A stretch of DNA of 64,000 nucleotides from Eledone cirrhosa (Eukaryota). The position numbers were made by a program, and so were the translations under genes. The notes below the pieces were generated by a model. That model had not been told where the DNA came from and ran no database searches. It saw nothing but the letters and a program-made list of their open reading frames with translations. The DNA is taken from assembly GCA_964016885.1 (NCBI GenBank), contig OZ024745.1, positions 93,930,001 through 93,994,000 of the forward strand, in the 5' to 3' direction. Of the stretch, positions 13,881 to 27,700 are shown piece by piece. Each line of letters starts with the position of its first letter. Position 1 is the first letter of the stretch.

Positions 13881-15284
13881 TCTGTTTATATTTTCATTCT
13901 GAAGGAATTGCAAACTATTTGTAATGTTGTTTGAACTTTAATCTATTATTTTATTGTTCACAAGGCGATGAAAGGCAATATTCAACTTGGCAGGATCTGA
14001 ACTCAGAACTCAGGAAGCAGGAACTAAATATTTCATAGTTTTTAGTTGCGTGTTCTACTATATCTGTTTCTCTGTTTCTTCAATAGTCATTACTGTTGTT
14101 TAGCCCAAGGCAACTCTGATTGTACAGACCTATCCATATCCAATTTAGACATAAGATAAACAAGCTGTCTTATAATGGAATACTACTATGTTTTACCTGC
14201 GAAGATTCAAAACCGAATCTGAGGTTTCTCACCTCTGGGACTAACCATTATTGGAAAGTTCCCACCATTGTCCTGTCAAGTCAACGTTGATAAACGTCAT
14301 ACCATTTGACCTCTGATCCCAGCTTCCTGGGAGACGATATCCATAAGGCTGCCCATAAATCAACTCATATACACATCCTTCTAGCTATAAGATTATTATT
14401 ATAACTGAGTTCAAATCCCGCCGAGGTTAACTTTGCCTTTCATCGTTACGGGGTCGATAAAATAAAGTACCAGTAATACACTGATATAATTGCTGGCCTT
14501 GTGCCAAAAAGTAGAAACAATTATTATAAATACAATGACTTAAGGAACCCAAGGAGAGACACGGACCAGCAGTCAGCGAGTGATAACGATGTAGGCATCA
14601 GTAGACCTTTCTCTCTATTATCTCCTGGACCTTACTGGCTTCCACCTTATCGACAACAGACACAGCCAGACATGAAGCAGCATCCTTGAGAAGAAGAATA
14701 CATTCTAAGAATAGGCACACACACATAGTAAGTTCATATTGTTTACATCCTACACTCATTCTATTCTTCCTGTCATATTGTATCCATAAGATTCAACACA
14801 ACTTTTACTATACCGTTTTCTGTGATACATGCAATTACGCTAACTCGTAGAAGTTAGTCAACAAATTGATGTACGGATAATTCATGTCATAAATATTATT
14901 ACTCGATGTTCAAAGTGAATATTGTTATTATAAAATAAACGTTGTTAACAACTCAATCATGGCATTATTCTTTTCATCAAACTACCATACAAAGAATACC
15001 ACTTCTCCGCTACAGTCTCACAATCCACACAGTCAAAATAATTAAAAGGCATATATGTTTCCAATTTTTTGTGAGAGCTTCTGGTGTAATATTTGAACAA
15101 GGGGTCGCCAAGCTTTGTATAGCCCATAGCCTCAAAGCCTATCACCAGTTGTGCTACAGCAATGACCATTCAATCTTCTTTTTTTTTTTTGTTATCTACA
15201 ACCACATTAGCCATAGGTGTGATTTGAGAGAATATGGCTGCTATTTCTAGTAGATAAAGTAATCATGTGTGTAGTTTGAAAGCG

Positions 15285-15640
15285 ATCGGACCTGCTTTGC
15301 GTCTCCAATTTAATCCACTGTCCACTGCGCCGACGTCCGCGTGACTTACGTCTGGCTGAGGATGACAGAACCTCTCACACAACAAAACAATAAAAAAGAA
15401 AACAGCAGCAGCCAAACAAACAGTAATAATAGAAACAAGAAGTGATTTCTTAATACATTATAAGTTAAATTCGTTGTTATTTCGGGTGTTTATATTATCC
15501 GTTCACTGTTATAATTTTTACTTGTTAAAATACAATAAATATCGCTGGTATTCATATAGATAAAAATCAAACGGAATTAATTAAAATAGGGTCTATGTTA
15601 AGTGTGACACCGTGAATATATACTCCATTAGCACCGCTAG
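15285..15640. promoter_or_regulatory. Candidate SPOUT1 promoter/5' region, possibly bidirectional
   Basis: Local CpG cluster (15285-15350) in CpG-poor DNA about 300 bp upstream of the ATG; minus-strand GTAAGT donor at 15344-15349. Confidence 0.4.
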
Positions 15641-15642
15641 CA

Positions 15643-15741
15643 ATGAGAATGTTTTCTTCAAATAATATTAAATTGAAAATTAAACGTAAAACTACCGATG
15701 AAAATGTAAAGCAAAAACAGCCACATGTAACTAAACATAAG
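15643..15741 (+). CDS. SPOUT1: SPOUT1 coding exon 1 (MRMFSSNNIKLKIKRKTTDENVKQKQPHVTKHK)
   Basis: ATG at 15643 (alternative 15649) after an in-frame TGA at 15613; AAG|GTGAGG donor; phase 0 fits exon 2; Lys-rich like the family N-terminus but not itself conserved. Confidence 0.65.
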
Positions 15742-18700
15742 GTGAGGTTCTAATTAAAATGTTGGTATTTTGTCATGAATAATGATATTTTCTAGCGAGT
15801 ATTTTATACATATATTTATCAACAAAAACACGTGTTCCGAGCAATAATTATCAATAGAATTTTACAATTTTATTTGATTTATTAGTTTTTTTTCAACTTC
15901 ATCGAATTTTACTTTTCTGTTTAGATAATTAAAATATAAATGAATATACAAAAATAAAACTTAATGTTTATTTATTTTTTTATCTTCATGTTTTCAAATC
16001 TTGCCGTTGTTAAATATCAGATATCTCATATTTTATAGACCGAAACAGAACATTTCCAAACTAAATTCTTGATGTTCTAATAAATTTTACTTTTTCTACA
16101 TATACATTCACAAACTATAATTTTTGTGTTGTGCTCTCATCAATTGTATTAAATTTTATTGACTATCAATTGGTTGATCAACTGTACTGCATCAACATTA
16201 AACCCTAATCATCCTTCATTCCACTGTGCCAAACCGTAACCCTAAACCCAACCCGAAATCTTAAGTATCATAAATTGACATTCAACTAAAATATATACTT
16301 TATTCACAGTTGTATAAAAAATATAATAATATAATGCTTACAGAACGAAAACACAAACAAATATAATATATACAAGGGCAAGGGAAAGGAAAAAAGAAAG
16401 AGAAAAAACACATAAGCAGGTAATACACACATCTGGGACCCACATACAACAAAAGGCAGGCGAAAGGGGTGGACAAACGAGCCGCCACCAGAACAAAAGA
16501 TAGCAATATCGCGAAGAGCACTGGGAAACCTATCTAATAATTTTTGAGGCAAGCCAGCACACTCGCAGCGTTACCTGTGATGGCGAGGCTGATGGGCTGG
16601 AACAACCAAGCGCCCTCACGAGCATCACCAGTTACCTCAGTTAGGCGAGCCGCCAGTGAAGATAGGAATCTCAGTCAGTAACCCGACTCCCCTAAACGTC
16701 TTGAACGTCACAGGCTGGAAAATGTATTACATTTTTATTAAATCTTACGGCATGCGCGAAAACTAGATGAATAAGACTTAAGTATTTATTTTGAAACTTT
16801 TGTTTTTATTAAGTGCAACATTATCACTTTGTTTTTCAGTCGTCTGCTGCAATCAATATAACACAAACAGATCAATAATAACTCCACCCTCTGCATTTTG
16901 TCAATTTACAGAGTCTTTCAGCTCTGTGTTTAAATTCTGCTAAGTCCAACTTAGTCTTTCATTCTTTCCTGGTTGAGAAATAAAGAACTAGTTGGGAGTG
17001 CTGGATTGGTGGAATATTTAGAGCATTGCATGCAGCCCATTTGGCTTTCTGAATGGCACGCCTAATTTCAAAATTGCCTCAAATTTTTTAGTAGTGCGGC
17101 CCACCTTATGACGAGCCACATCCTATGCGTCCTACTCTTCGATAAAGGCTATCCATCCCTTTTCTACACAGTCAAATTGCAATACGAAAATGGTGTCATG
17201 CTATTGTAAGAGAAGCTACACCCTGTAAAGTGTAGGATATGAAGAAAAACACAAAGATATTGACTTTTGAAATCTAATAATTAGATATAATGTCTTCTTG
17301 AATTTTGTACTTTGATCCCCCCACCACCATAAACCGCCCTTGGCTCTATGAAACAAACTCATTTATGTAGAAGGTCCCTATTGAAACTAACAAGATTTTA
17401 TATAAGAATTTTTTTCTTATGTTATAAATACCATCTTAATTGAAATAATGTTTAGTAGATCCTTCCAAATTCATTATGTTTAATTCAAATGCGGTGTATT
17501 TTATCAGAAATATGGAAATGAAAGGGTTAAAAAGAATGAGTAATTTCTACAGAATCCTCCACATGACTTGTACCATTGGTGATAATGTATACTTAGATAA
17601 TTAATTGCATGGAAGATGGATGTTAAACGAAGATGATGATGAGATGATGATTGTATCAAGAGATAACCTCCATTTTAAGAAGGGAGCAATTAGCCAAGAC
17701 ACTTGTTTATCTTGTCTGCAAAATATGAATGCATGCATGCCGTCGTACACTGCAAGCAGCATGTTGATCCAGTGCTTATGCCCTCGTGCACAGCAAGCAG
17801 CATGTTGATCCAGTGCTTATGCCCTCGTGCATTGCAAGCAGCATGTTGATGCGGTGCTTATGCCCTCATGTGCTGCAAGCAGCGTGTTGATCTGGTGTTT
17901 ATGCCCTCATGCACTGTAAGCAGCGTGTTGATCTGGTGTTTATGCCCTCGTGCACTGTAAGCAGTGTGTTGATCTGGTGTTTATGCCCTCATGCACTGTA
18001 AGCAGTGTGTTGATCTGGTGTTTATGCCCTCATGCACTGTAAGCAGTGTGTTGATCTGGTGTTTATGCCCTCGTGCACTGTAAGCAGTGTGTTGATCTGG
18101 TGTTTATGCCCTCGTGCACTGTAAGCAGCGTGTTGATCTGGTGCTTATTCCAGTTTCATGGTGTGAAGCAACTAAGAGTACAAGACTCCCCCCTAGACAG
18201 GATGCCAGTGTATTGCAAGGTTAAACCCCCAGCTATTGCTGGTACTAATTTTCGGCTAAGTATACTGGAGTAACATAAAATGAAGTGTTTTTACTCAAGA
18301 ACACAACACACAACGCAGCCCAGGAATTGAACCCACGACATTACGATCCTAAATCCAACACCCTTACCACTAGGCCACGTGCCTTCAATGAATAACATAG
18401 TGGGATTTGTATACTTGATATAATAAATTGCACTTTCTTTGATCAAGCAGTCCATATTGCCAGATTTTCATTTTCACATTGTAATATCAGTAATACAGTA
18501 ACTATTTCAATACTAATACACCTGAAACTGCTCTTGTTTTATTTAACTTAATGTTAAAACTTGCAAAATAATTTTATGTAAGACAGTTGTGTTAAGTAAT
18601 TTTCTAAATATCTGCTTAATAAGGAAAAAGTTAGTTATTTTATTAATTCCCTTCAAATTTTTTTTATTATTTTCAAAATAAATTGAAATGTATTTCATCA

Positions 18701-21700
18701 AAATAATGTAACAAAAGGGTTCAGATAAGATTCTTTGACTTTTTTTTACAAAAAACTAATTATCTGCCTAATCAAAAGAAATTTATAATTTCATATGAAA
18801 ATAATTGGTAGAAAAAATTTGTTTGAAATTTATTTATTTATTATTTTTTGTTTTGTAATTGCAGACAAAGGAAAAAAGAAAGAAAGAATATGAAAAAAGT
18901 AAGCAAATAATTTTCTCATCTTGAAATAGCTTTTTATCTCGTATCTAATTTCTTAACATTCAAATTGACCAAAACCAGCTCCTATAAAAATTAAAGCTAT
19001 TTGTTCAAACTAGCTTTATATTGGTTTTATTGAAGCCAGATTTTATAACTTGCAATTTTTTATAGATTTTTATATAAATGCATTAGCATATTTAATGACA
19101 TTAATATTGTGGGTGGTAAAGAATTGTCTTATTTATGGAGAAAGGGTTGAGAAGACTCTTCAGTTGTGTTAAAGACATGACAATCTCCTTAATGCTGTTG
19201 CCACAATAAAATGCACTCAGAAGAACACTGGATGTATGTAAGCAAAATGTAGACACCCTTCCTCCATCCCCTAGTTGATCTGGGATATTAGTAGCTCCAC
19301 TTAAGTACTGATTAACCCTTGTTAGCAGAGAAGATGGATGTTAAATGATAATATTGATGATAATGATAAATTATAATTGGATGTCAAACTAACTGCCCAA
19401 AGTTCAGTGATTTGCATTTTATTACTGGCATTGTGCCAACAGACATTTCATCCTAAAATGGCCCAGTCCAACTAACTTAAAATAGATCTCTGGAATTAGA
19501 GTAAGTGGCAGTGGTCTTGTGAAATTATTGGGTATCCTGTTAGCTTTATAGTACAGAACTAGGATCTTCAACTGGGTGTAATCTGAAGCTTTTACCTAGT
19601 TGAGATACTTCAGATGCACCACATCACAGTGAATGTATTAAATGGTGTTCATGTGATCTAATGTGGTGTTGTTTTCACCATCACTCTATGGTGCTATAAA
19701 TTACCTATTACCTTATTTCTATACAAGCTATAGCAAGAAGTCTTGAAATATAGTAGCTTAGATAATTGTTTCTACTTTTGGCACAAGGCCAGCAATTCAG
19801 CGCATTACTGGTGTTTTATTTTATTGACCCCGGAAGGATGAAAGGCAAAGCTAACCTCAGCAGGATTTGAAATTAGTAGCTTAGATAATGCTTCTTGTTT
19901 AGGTTTAGATAACTTAAATATTGACTCTTATAGTCAATAATATGATTCATTTTTCTCAGTGTTTCTGCTATATATGTCACAATTTAGTAATATGTTGATA
20001 TTATTGTCCCCTGAAATTTTATCATCTCACTTTGAAATACTGTCTCAGTATACAGCTAGCTTAAGCTCCATTTGGGGATCATTCTCATCATGATCATATT
20101 ATTTCCCACTTTAGAAGGTCTATAAGGAAACAACATTAAAAGTCAAGGAGCCTGTACTTTTGCAACAAAACCTTATCAAATTTCAACATTTCCTCAAATA
20201 CAACTTCATTATTACTTTACATTACTTTTCCTTTTTGTCAGACTTAAATTTACTTCCAATAGATTTATTTATTTTTTAGAAAAGCTGAAGAAGAAATTAT
20301 TAAAGGAAAAGAAATTACTGGAAGAATTTAAAATGCCAGAAAAATCAAAAAGAAAGTCTACAGAAGAGAGTCTGCTTATAGAACCAGATAAACAGTTGAA
20401 CACAAATAGTAAAAATGCAGAAAAAGATGATTGCAAAGGTAGGGTGTTGTTTAGTTGTCTGTTCTTGCAACCTTAGTATACTTGCAGTTCTGCTTTGGTA
20501 GTCCGACTTAGCACATCATTAATAGGCAGTTGGTAATCCCACTTAGAATGTCCTAACTAGGCAGTTGGTAGTCCCACAGCTCTCTATAACTAGCCAGTTG
20601 GTAGTCCCACAGCTCTCTATAACTAGCCAGTTGGTAGTCCCACAGCTCTCTATAACTAGGCAGTTGGTAGTCCCACAGCTCTCCATAACTAGCCAGTTGG
20701 TAGTCTCACAGCTCTCCATAACTAGGCAGTTGGTAGTCCCACAGCTCTCTATAACTAGGCAGTTGGTAGTCCCACAGCTCTCCATAACTAGGCAGTTGGT
20801 AGTCCCACAGCTCTCCATAACTAGGCAGTTGGTAGTCTCACAGCTCTCTATGACTAGACAGTTAGTAGTCCCACAGCTCTCCATAACTAGGCAGTTGGTA
20901 GTCTCACAGCTCTCCATAACTAGGCAGTTGGTAGTCTCACAGCTCTCTATGACTAGGCAGTTGGTAGTCCCACAGCTCTCCATAACTAGGCAGTTCGTAG
21001 TCTCACAGCTCTCTATGACTAGGCAGTTGGTAGTCTCACAGCTCTCCATAACTAGGCAGTTGGTAGTCTCACAGCTCTCTATGACTAGGCAGTTGGTAGT
21101 CCCACAGCTCTCCATAACTAGGCAGTTCGTAGTCTCACAGCTCTCTATGACTAGGCAGTTGGTAGTCCCACAGCTCTCTATAACTAGGCAGTTGGTAGTC
21201 CCACAGCTCTCCATAACTAGGCAGTTGGTAGTCCCACAGCTCTCTATAACTAGGCAATTGGTAGTCCCACAGCTCTCTATAACTAGGCAGTTGGTAGTCT
21301 CACAGCTCTCTATAACTAGCCAGTTGGTAGTCTCACAGCTCTCCATAACTAGGCAGTTGGTAGTCTCACAGCTCTCTATGACTAGGCAGTTGGTAGTCCC
21401 ACAGCTCTCCATAACTAGGCAGTTGGTAGTCCCACAGCTCTCCATAACTAGGCAGTTGGTAGTCCCACAGCTCTCTATAACTAGGCAGTTGGTAGTCCCA
21501 CAGCTCTCCATCACTAGGCAGTTGGTAGTCCCACAGCTCTCCATAACTAGGCAGTTGGTAGTACGACAGCTCTCCATAACTAGGCAGTTGGTAGTCCCAC
21601 AGCTCTCTATGACTAGGCAGTTGGTAGTCCCACAGCTCTCCATAACTAGGCAGTTGGTAGTCCCACAGCTCTCTATGACTAGGCAGTTGGTAGTCTCACA

Positions 21701-24700
21701 GCTCTCCATAACTAGGCAGTTGGTAGTACCACAGCTCTCTATGACTAGGCAGTTGGTAGTCCCACAGCTCTCCATAACTAGGCAGTTGGTAGTCCCACAG
21801 CTCTCTATAACTAGGCAGTTGGTAGTCCCACAGCTCTCTATAACTAGGCAGTTGGTAGTCCCACAGCTCTCCATAACTAGGCAGTTAGTAGTCCCACAGC
21901 TCTCTATAACTAGGCAGTTGGTAGTCCCACAGCTCTCTATGACTAGGCAGTTGGTAGTCTCACAGCTCTCCATAACTAGGCAGTTGGTAGTACCACAGCT
22001 CTCTATGACTAGGCAGTTGGTAGTCCCACAGCTCTCCATAACTAGGCAGTTGGTAGTCCCACAGCTCTCTATAACTAGGCAGTTGGTAGTCCCACAGCTC
22101 TCTATAACTAGGCAGTTGGTAGTCCCACAGCTCTCTATAACTAGGCAGTTGGTAGTCCCACAGCTCTCCATAACTAGGCAGTTGGTAGTCTCACAAGTCT
22201 CCATAACTAGGCAGTTAGTAGTCCCACAGCTCTCCATAACTAGGCAGTTGGTAGTCCCACAGCTCTCCATAACTAGGCAGTTAGTAGTCCCACAGCTCTC
22301 TATAACTAGGCAGTTGGTAGTCCCACAGCTCTCTATGACTAGGCAGTTGGTAGTCCCACAGCTCTCCATAACTAGGCAGTTGGTAGTCCCACAGCTCTCT
22401 ATAACTAGGCAGTTGGTAGTCCCACAGCTCTCTATAACTAGGCAGTTGGTAGTCCCACAGCTCTCTATAACTAGGCAGTTGGTAGTCCCACAGCTCTCCA
22501 TAACTAGGCAGTTGGTAGTACCACAGCTCTCTATGACTAGGCAGTTGGTAGTCCCACAGCTCTCCATAACTAGGCAGTTGGTAGTCCCACAGCTCTCCAT
22601 AACTAGGCAGTTAGTAGTCCCACAGCTCTCTATGACTAGGCAGTTGGTAGTCCCACAGCTCTCCATAACTAGGCAGTTAGTAGTCCCACAGCTCTCTATG
22701 ACTAGGCAGTTGATAGTCCCACAGCTCTCCATAACTAGGCAGTTGGTAGTCCCACAGCTCTCCATAACTAGGCAGTTGGTAGTCTCACAAGTCTCCATAA
22801 CTAGGCAGTTGGTAGTTCCACAGCTCTCTATGACTAGGCAGTTGGTAGTCCCACAGCTCTCCATAACTAGGCAGTTGGTAGTCTCACAGCTCTCTATGAC
22901 TAGGCAGTTGGTAGTCCCACAGCTCTCCATAACTAGGCAGTTGGTAGTCCCACAGCTCTCTATGACTAGGCAGTTGGTAGTCCCACAGCTCTCCATAACT
23001 AGGCAGTTGGTAGTCTCACAGCTCTCTATGACTAGGCAGTTGGTAGTCCCACAGCTCTCCATAACTAGGCAGTTAGTAGTCCCACAGCTCTCTATGACTA
23101 GGCAGTTGGTAGTCCCACAGCTCCATAACTAGGCAGTTGGTAGTCCCACAGCTCTCTATGACTAGGCAGTTGGTAGTCCCACAGCTCTCCATAACTAGGC
23201 AGTTGGTAATCCCACAGCTCTCCATCACTAGGCAGTTGGTAGTCCCACAGCTCTCCATAACTAGGCAGTTGGTAGTACCACAGCTCTCCATAACTAGGCA
23301 GTTGGTAGTCCCACAGCTCTCTATGACTAGGCAGTTGGTAGTCCCACAGCTCTCCATAACTAGGCAGTTGGTAGTCCCACAGCTCTCCATAACTAGGCAG
23401 TTGGTAGTCCCACAGTTCTCCATAACTAGGCAGTTGGTAGTCCCACAGCTCTCCATAACTAGGCAGTTGGTAGTCCCACAGCTCTCTATGACTAGGCAGT
23501 TGGTAGTCTCACAGCTCTCTATGACTAGGCAGTTGGTAGTCCCACAGCTCTCCATAACTAGGCAGTTGGTAGTCTCACAAGTCTCCATAACTAGGCAGTT
23601 AGTAGTCCCACAGCTCTCCATAACTAGGCAGTTGGTAGTCCCACAGCTCTCTATAACTAGGCAGTTGGTAGTCCCACAGCTCTCTATAACTAGGCAGTTG
23701 GTAGTCCCACAGCTCTCCATAACTAGGCAGTTGGTAGTACCACAGCTCTCTATGACTAGGCAGTTGGTAGTCCCACAGCTCTCCATAACTAGGCAGTTGG
23801 TAGTCCCACAGCTCTCCATAACTAGGCAGTTAGTAGTCCCACAGCTCTCTATAACTAGGCAGTTGGTAGTCCCACAGCTCTCTATGACTAGGCAGTTGGT
23901 AGTCTCACAGCTCTCCATAACTAGGCAGTTGGTAGTACCACAGCTCTCTATGACTAGGCAGTTGGTAGTCCCACAGCTCTCCATAACTAGGCAGTTGGTA
24001 GTACCACAGCTCTCTATGACTAGGCAGTTGGTAGTCCCACAGCTCTCCATAACTAGGCAGTTGGTAGTCCCACAGCTCTCCATAACTAGGCAGTTAGTAG
24101 TCCCACAGCTCTCTATAACTAGGCAGTTGGTAGTCCCACAGCTCTCCATAACTAGGCAGTTAGTAGTCCCACAGCTCTCTATGACTAGGCAGTTGATAGT
24201 CCCACAGCTCTCCATAACTAGGCAGTTGGTAGTCCCACAGCTCTCCATAACTAGGCAGTTGGTAGTCTCACAAGTCTCCATAACTAGGCAGTTAGTAGTT
24301 CCACAGCTCTCTATGACTAGGCAGTTGGTAGTCCCACAGCTCTCCATAACTAGGCAGTTGGTAGTCTCACAGCTCTCTATGACTAGGCAGTTGGTAGTCC
24401 CACAGCTCTCCATAACTAGGCAGTTGGTAGTCCCACAGCTCTCTATGACTAGGCAGTTGGTAGTCCCACAGCTCTCCATAACTAGGCAGTTGGTAGTCTC
24501 ACAGCTCTCTATGACTAGGCAGTTGGTAGTCCCACAGCTCTCCATAACTAGGCAGTTAGTAGTCCCACAGCTCTCTATGACTAGGCAGTTGGTAGTCTCA
24601 CAGCTCTCCATAACTAGGCAGTTGGTAATCCCACAGCTCTCCATAACTAGGCAGTTAGTAGTCCCACAGCTCTCTATGACTAGGCAGTTGGTAATCCCAC

Positions 24701-27700
24701 AGCTCTCCATAACTAGGCAGTTGGTAGTCCCACAGCTCTCCATAACTAGGCAGTTGGTAGTCCCACAGCTCTCCATAACTAGGCAGTTGGTAGTCTCACA
24801 AGTCTCCATAACTAGGCAGTTGGTAGTCCCACAGCTCTCCATAACTAGGCAGTTAGTAGTCCCACAGCTCTCCATAACTAGGCAGTTGGTAGTCCCACAG
24901 CTCTCCATAACTAGGCAGTTAGTAGTCCCACAGCTCTCCATAACTAGGCAGTTAGTAGTCCCACAGCTCTCCATAACTAGGCAGTTGGTAGTCTCACAGC
25001 TCTCCATAACTAGGCAGTTGGTAGTCCCACAGCTCTCCATAACTAGGCAGTTGGTAGTCCCACAGCTCTCCATAACTAGGCAGTTAGTAGTCCCACAGCT
25101 CTCCATAACTAGGCAGTTAGTAGTCCCACAGCTCTCCATAACTAGGCATTTGGTAGTCCCACAGCTCTCTATAACTAGGCAGTTGGTAGTCCCACAGCTC
25201 TCTATAACTAGGCAGTTGGTAGTCCCACAGCTCTCTATAACTAGGCAGTTGGTAGTCCCACAGCTCTCTATAACTAGCTAGTTGGTAGTCCCACTGCTCT
25301 CTATAACTAGGCAGTTGGTAGTCCCACAGCTCTCTATAACTAGCTAGTTGGTAGTCCCACAGCTCTCTATAACTAGCCAGTTGGTAGTCCCACAGCTCTC
25401 TATGACTAGGCAGTTAATACAGATCAAACAAAGCAATTTGTCAGTGCTAATGGTCGTCATTACGGACCATATTCAAAAATGAAATATTTAAAACATATAG
25501 TCTCCAATTAAAAAAAATAGTGAGTAATGTTTTGAGGAGGATATAGATGCTATGTTGAACATGTTTGATCCCTCTTATTAGTTATAGTTTAGTATTATTT
25601 TAGTATTTAGCAATGATTTATTTTTAAATTTAATTTTTAGATATATTTTTCCATAATAGCATAAGTGGGTATTATCGTAAATTTGGACACTTTATAAACT
25701 GAATGTGTTTTTGGAAATCCGAACACCTGCTTTTAAGAATTAAGCAGATGAGATAAAAAGAATAATTGTTTCTACTATTGGCACAAGGCCAGCAATTACC
25801 CAGTACATTACTGGTACTTTATTTTATCGACCCTGTAAGGATGAAAGGCAAAGTTAACCTTGGCGGGATTTGAACTCAGAATGGCAAGGGCCGTAACTCT
25901 ATGCGTCAAAGCATGGCGTCCGACCCTCTACAGATACTGCCAATTCACTGCAAGAATAATAACACTATATACTAACCATGCACATGGCTTAGTGGTTAGA
26001 GCATTGGGCTTGCAATCGAAAGGTTGTGAGTTCAATTCTCAGACCGGGTGATGTGTTGTTTCCTTGAGCAAGACACTTTATTTCACATTGCTCCACTTTA
26101 CTCCTGTAGAAATGAGATGATAGGACTGGGGTCCCTATCATTCCACTGCAAAGTGGTTGTGGAGGTGCCACAGCAAAAAAGCACCCAGCCCACACTGTAA
26201 AGTGGACGTGTAGGCGCCACGGAAAAAAAGCACCCAGCACTCACTGTAAAATGAGGTTGGTGTTAGGAAGGGAAGAGCATCCAGCTGTAGAAATCAAGTC
26301 AGAATCAGTTCCCGTCCCACCGTTGCAAGCAGGGAAAAGCAGACGTAAAATGATGATGATGATACAGAATTCAGCCATATTATGCTATCATCTGCGTTTC
26401 TTGGAAAAGGATTATCTCCCCCTAGATTGTAACGTTTCCATCATAATATATAATGATATGAAAATTATTGTGTACAGTGCTCAGGTGCACTACAACTCAT
26501 CAAAAGTGCTTTACCTTAATTTATTTATGTCCTGATATTTTGAGATCAAAATCTCTTCTTCTGAGGAAAATAAAAGGGTCTAATCCAGTGTTCGATGGAA
26601 TGAGCGCTACCTTGCCTCCAAGAGTGAGCGCTACCTTGCCTCCAAGAGTGAGCGCTACCTTGCCTCCAAGAGTGAGCGCTACCTTGCCTCCAAGAGTGGT
26701 GGACATATCCCTTCTTTTTTTTTTCTGAGAAGAGATTTTGATCTCGAAATATCAGGACATATAAATAAATTAAGGTAAAATACACATAACAACTTGTTTA
26801 ATCTGACTTCTTTATTCGTCCGTTTCGTATTGTCGTGGCTTTCAAACTTCAAATTCTTTATTATTTTTGATTTTGAAATTTTTATGAACATTTTTATGAA
26901 AGATATTGAAGTTCAATATTAACAAGAATGAACATTTTGAAAAAAAAAAACAAAAACGTTTTGCTAGTCTTTCATTTTTTTTTTTTTTGTGTGTATGTGT
27001 GTGTTTGAGACCTAAATTTATTTCACTGCTTTAATTTTTCAGGTCGATACTATACTCTGAGCATTGCTTTACCTGGATCAATTTTAGATAATGCCCAGTC
27101 TTTTCCTTTGCGAACATATTTAGCTGGCCAGGTAAGTCTGACTAAACAAATTAAACATACTAAATAAATAGATTAACAGAAACTGTTATGATTTGCCTAG
27201 AAAGATATGTTGAACTAGATATCCTTTCAGTTCTGTCATTTATGCAGCTTTTTAAATATTGTCACCCTAAGGACAAGCAATCTGTAAAACATAAATTGGA
27301 AATGAAAATCACAAAATGTTACCGTAACAAAACACAGTTGTTTTTTTTATTCTCTTCACAAATAAATCTATAAAAGACCTGTAGAAGACTTTATGAAAGC
27401 TTGTGTTGAAATATGCACCATTACTAACATTTTTTATATGACATGGTTAAAGAATTTATTATATACTGCTTTGATTGCAGGTTGCACGTGCAGCTGTCAT
27501 TTTTAATGTTGATGAAATTATTATCTTTGATGAAACAAAACGCAGTAACAAGTAGGTTTTTGTTTTTGATTATTATCATTGTCATCATAATCACTGTGGC
27601 AGTGGGATGCCAGAGTTTGATGAGTATTGGAGAAATGATTTGTGGTGTTTTGACTTTTTATGTGTTAGACTTAATCTGTTCCTTAATTTAACACCATCAC

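Noticed and set aside
15362-15445. MTEPLTQQ… as SPOUT1 exon 1
   Set aside because: Ends in TGA with no phase-0 donor; 15643-15741 fits better. It could at most be a uORF.
20543-25281. Four 688-855 aa repeat ORFs as protein-coding genes
   Set aside because: They are translations of a 33-bp intronic minisatellite, open on both strands, with no unique termini or signal peptide.
26601-26696. CRISPR or iteron-like 24-bp repeats
   Set aside because: Contiguous tandem copies without spacers, inside an inverted repeat.
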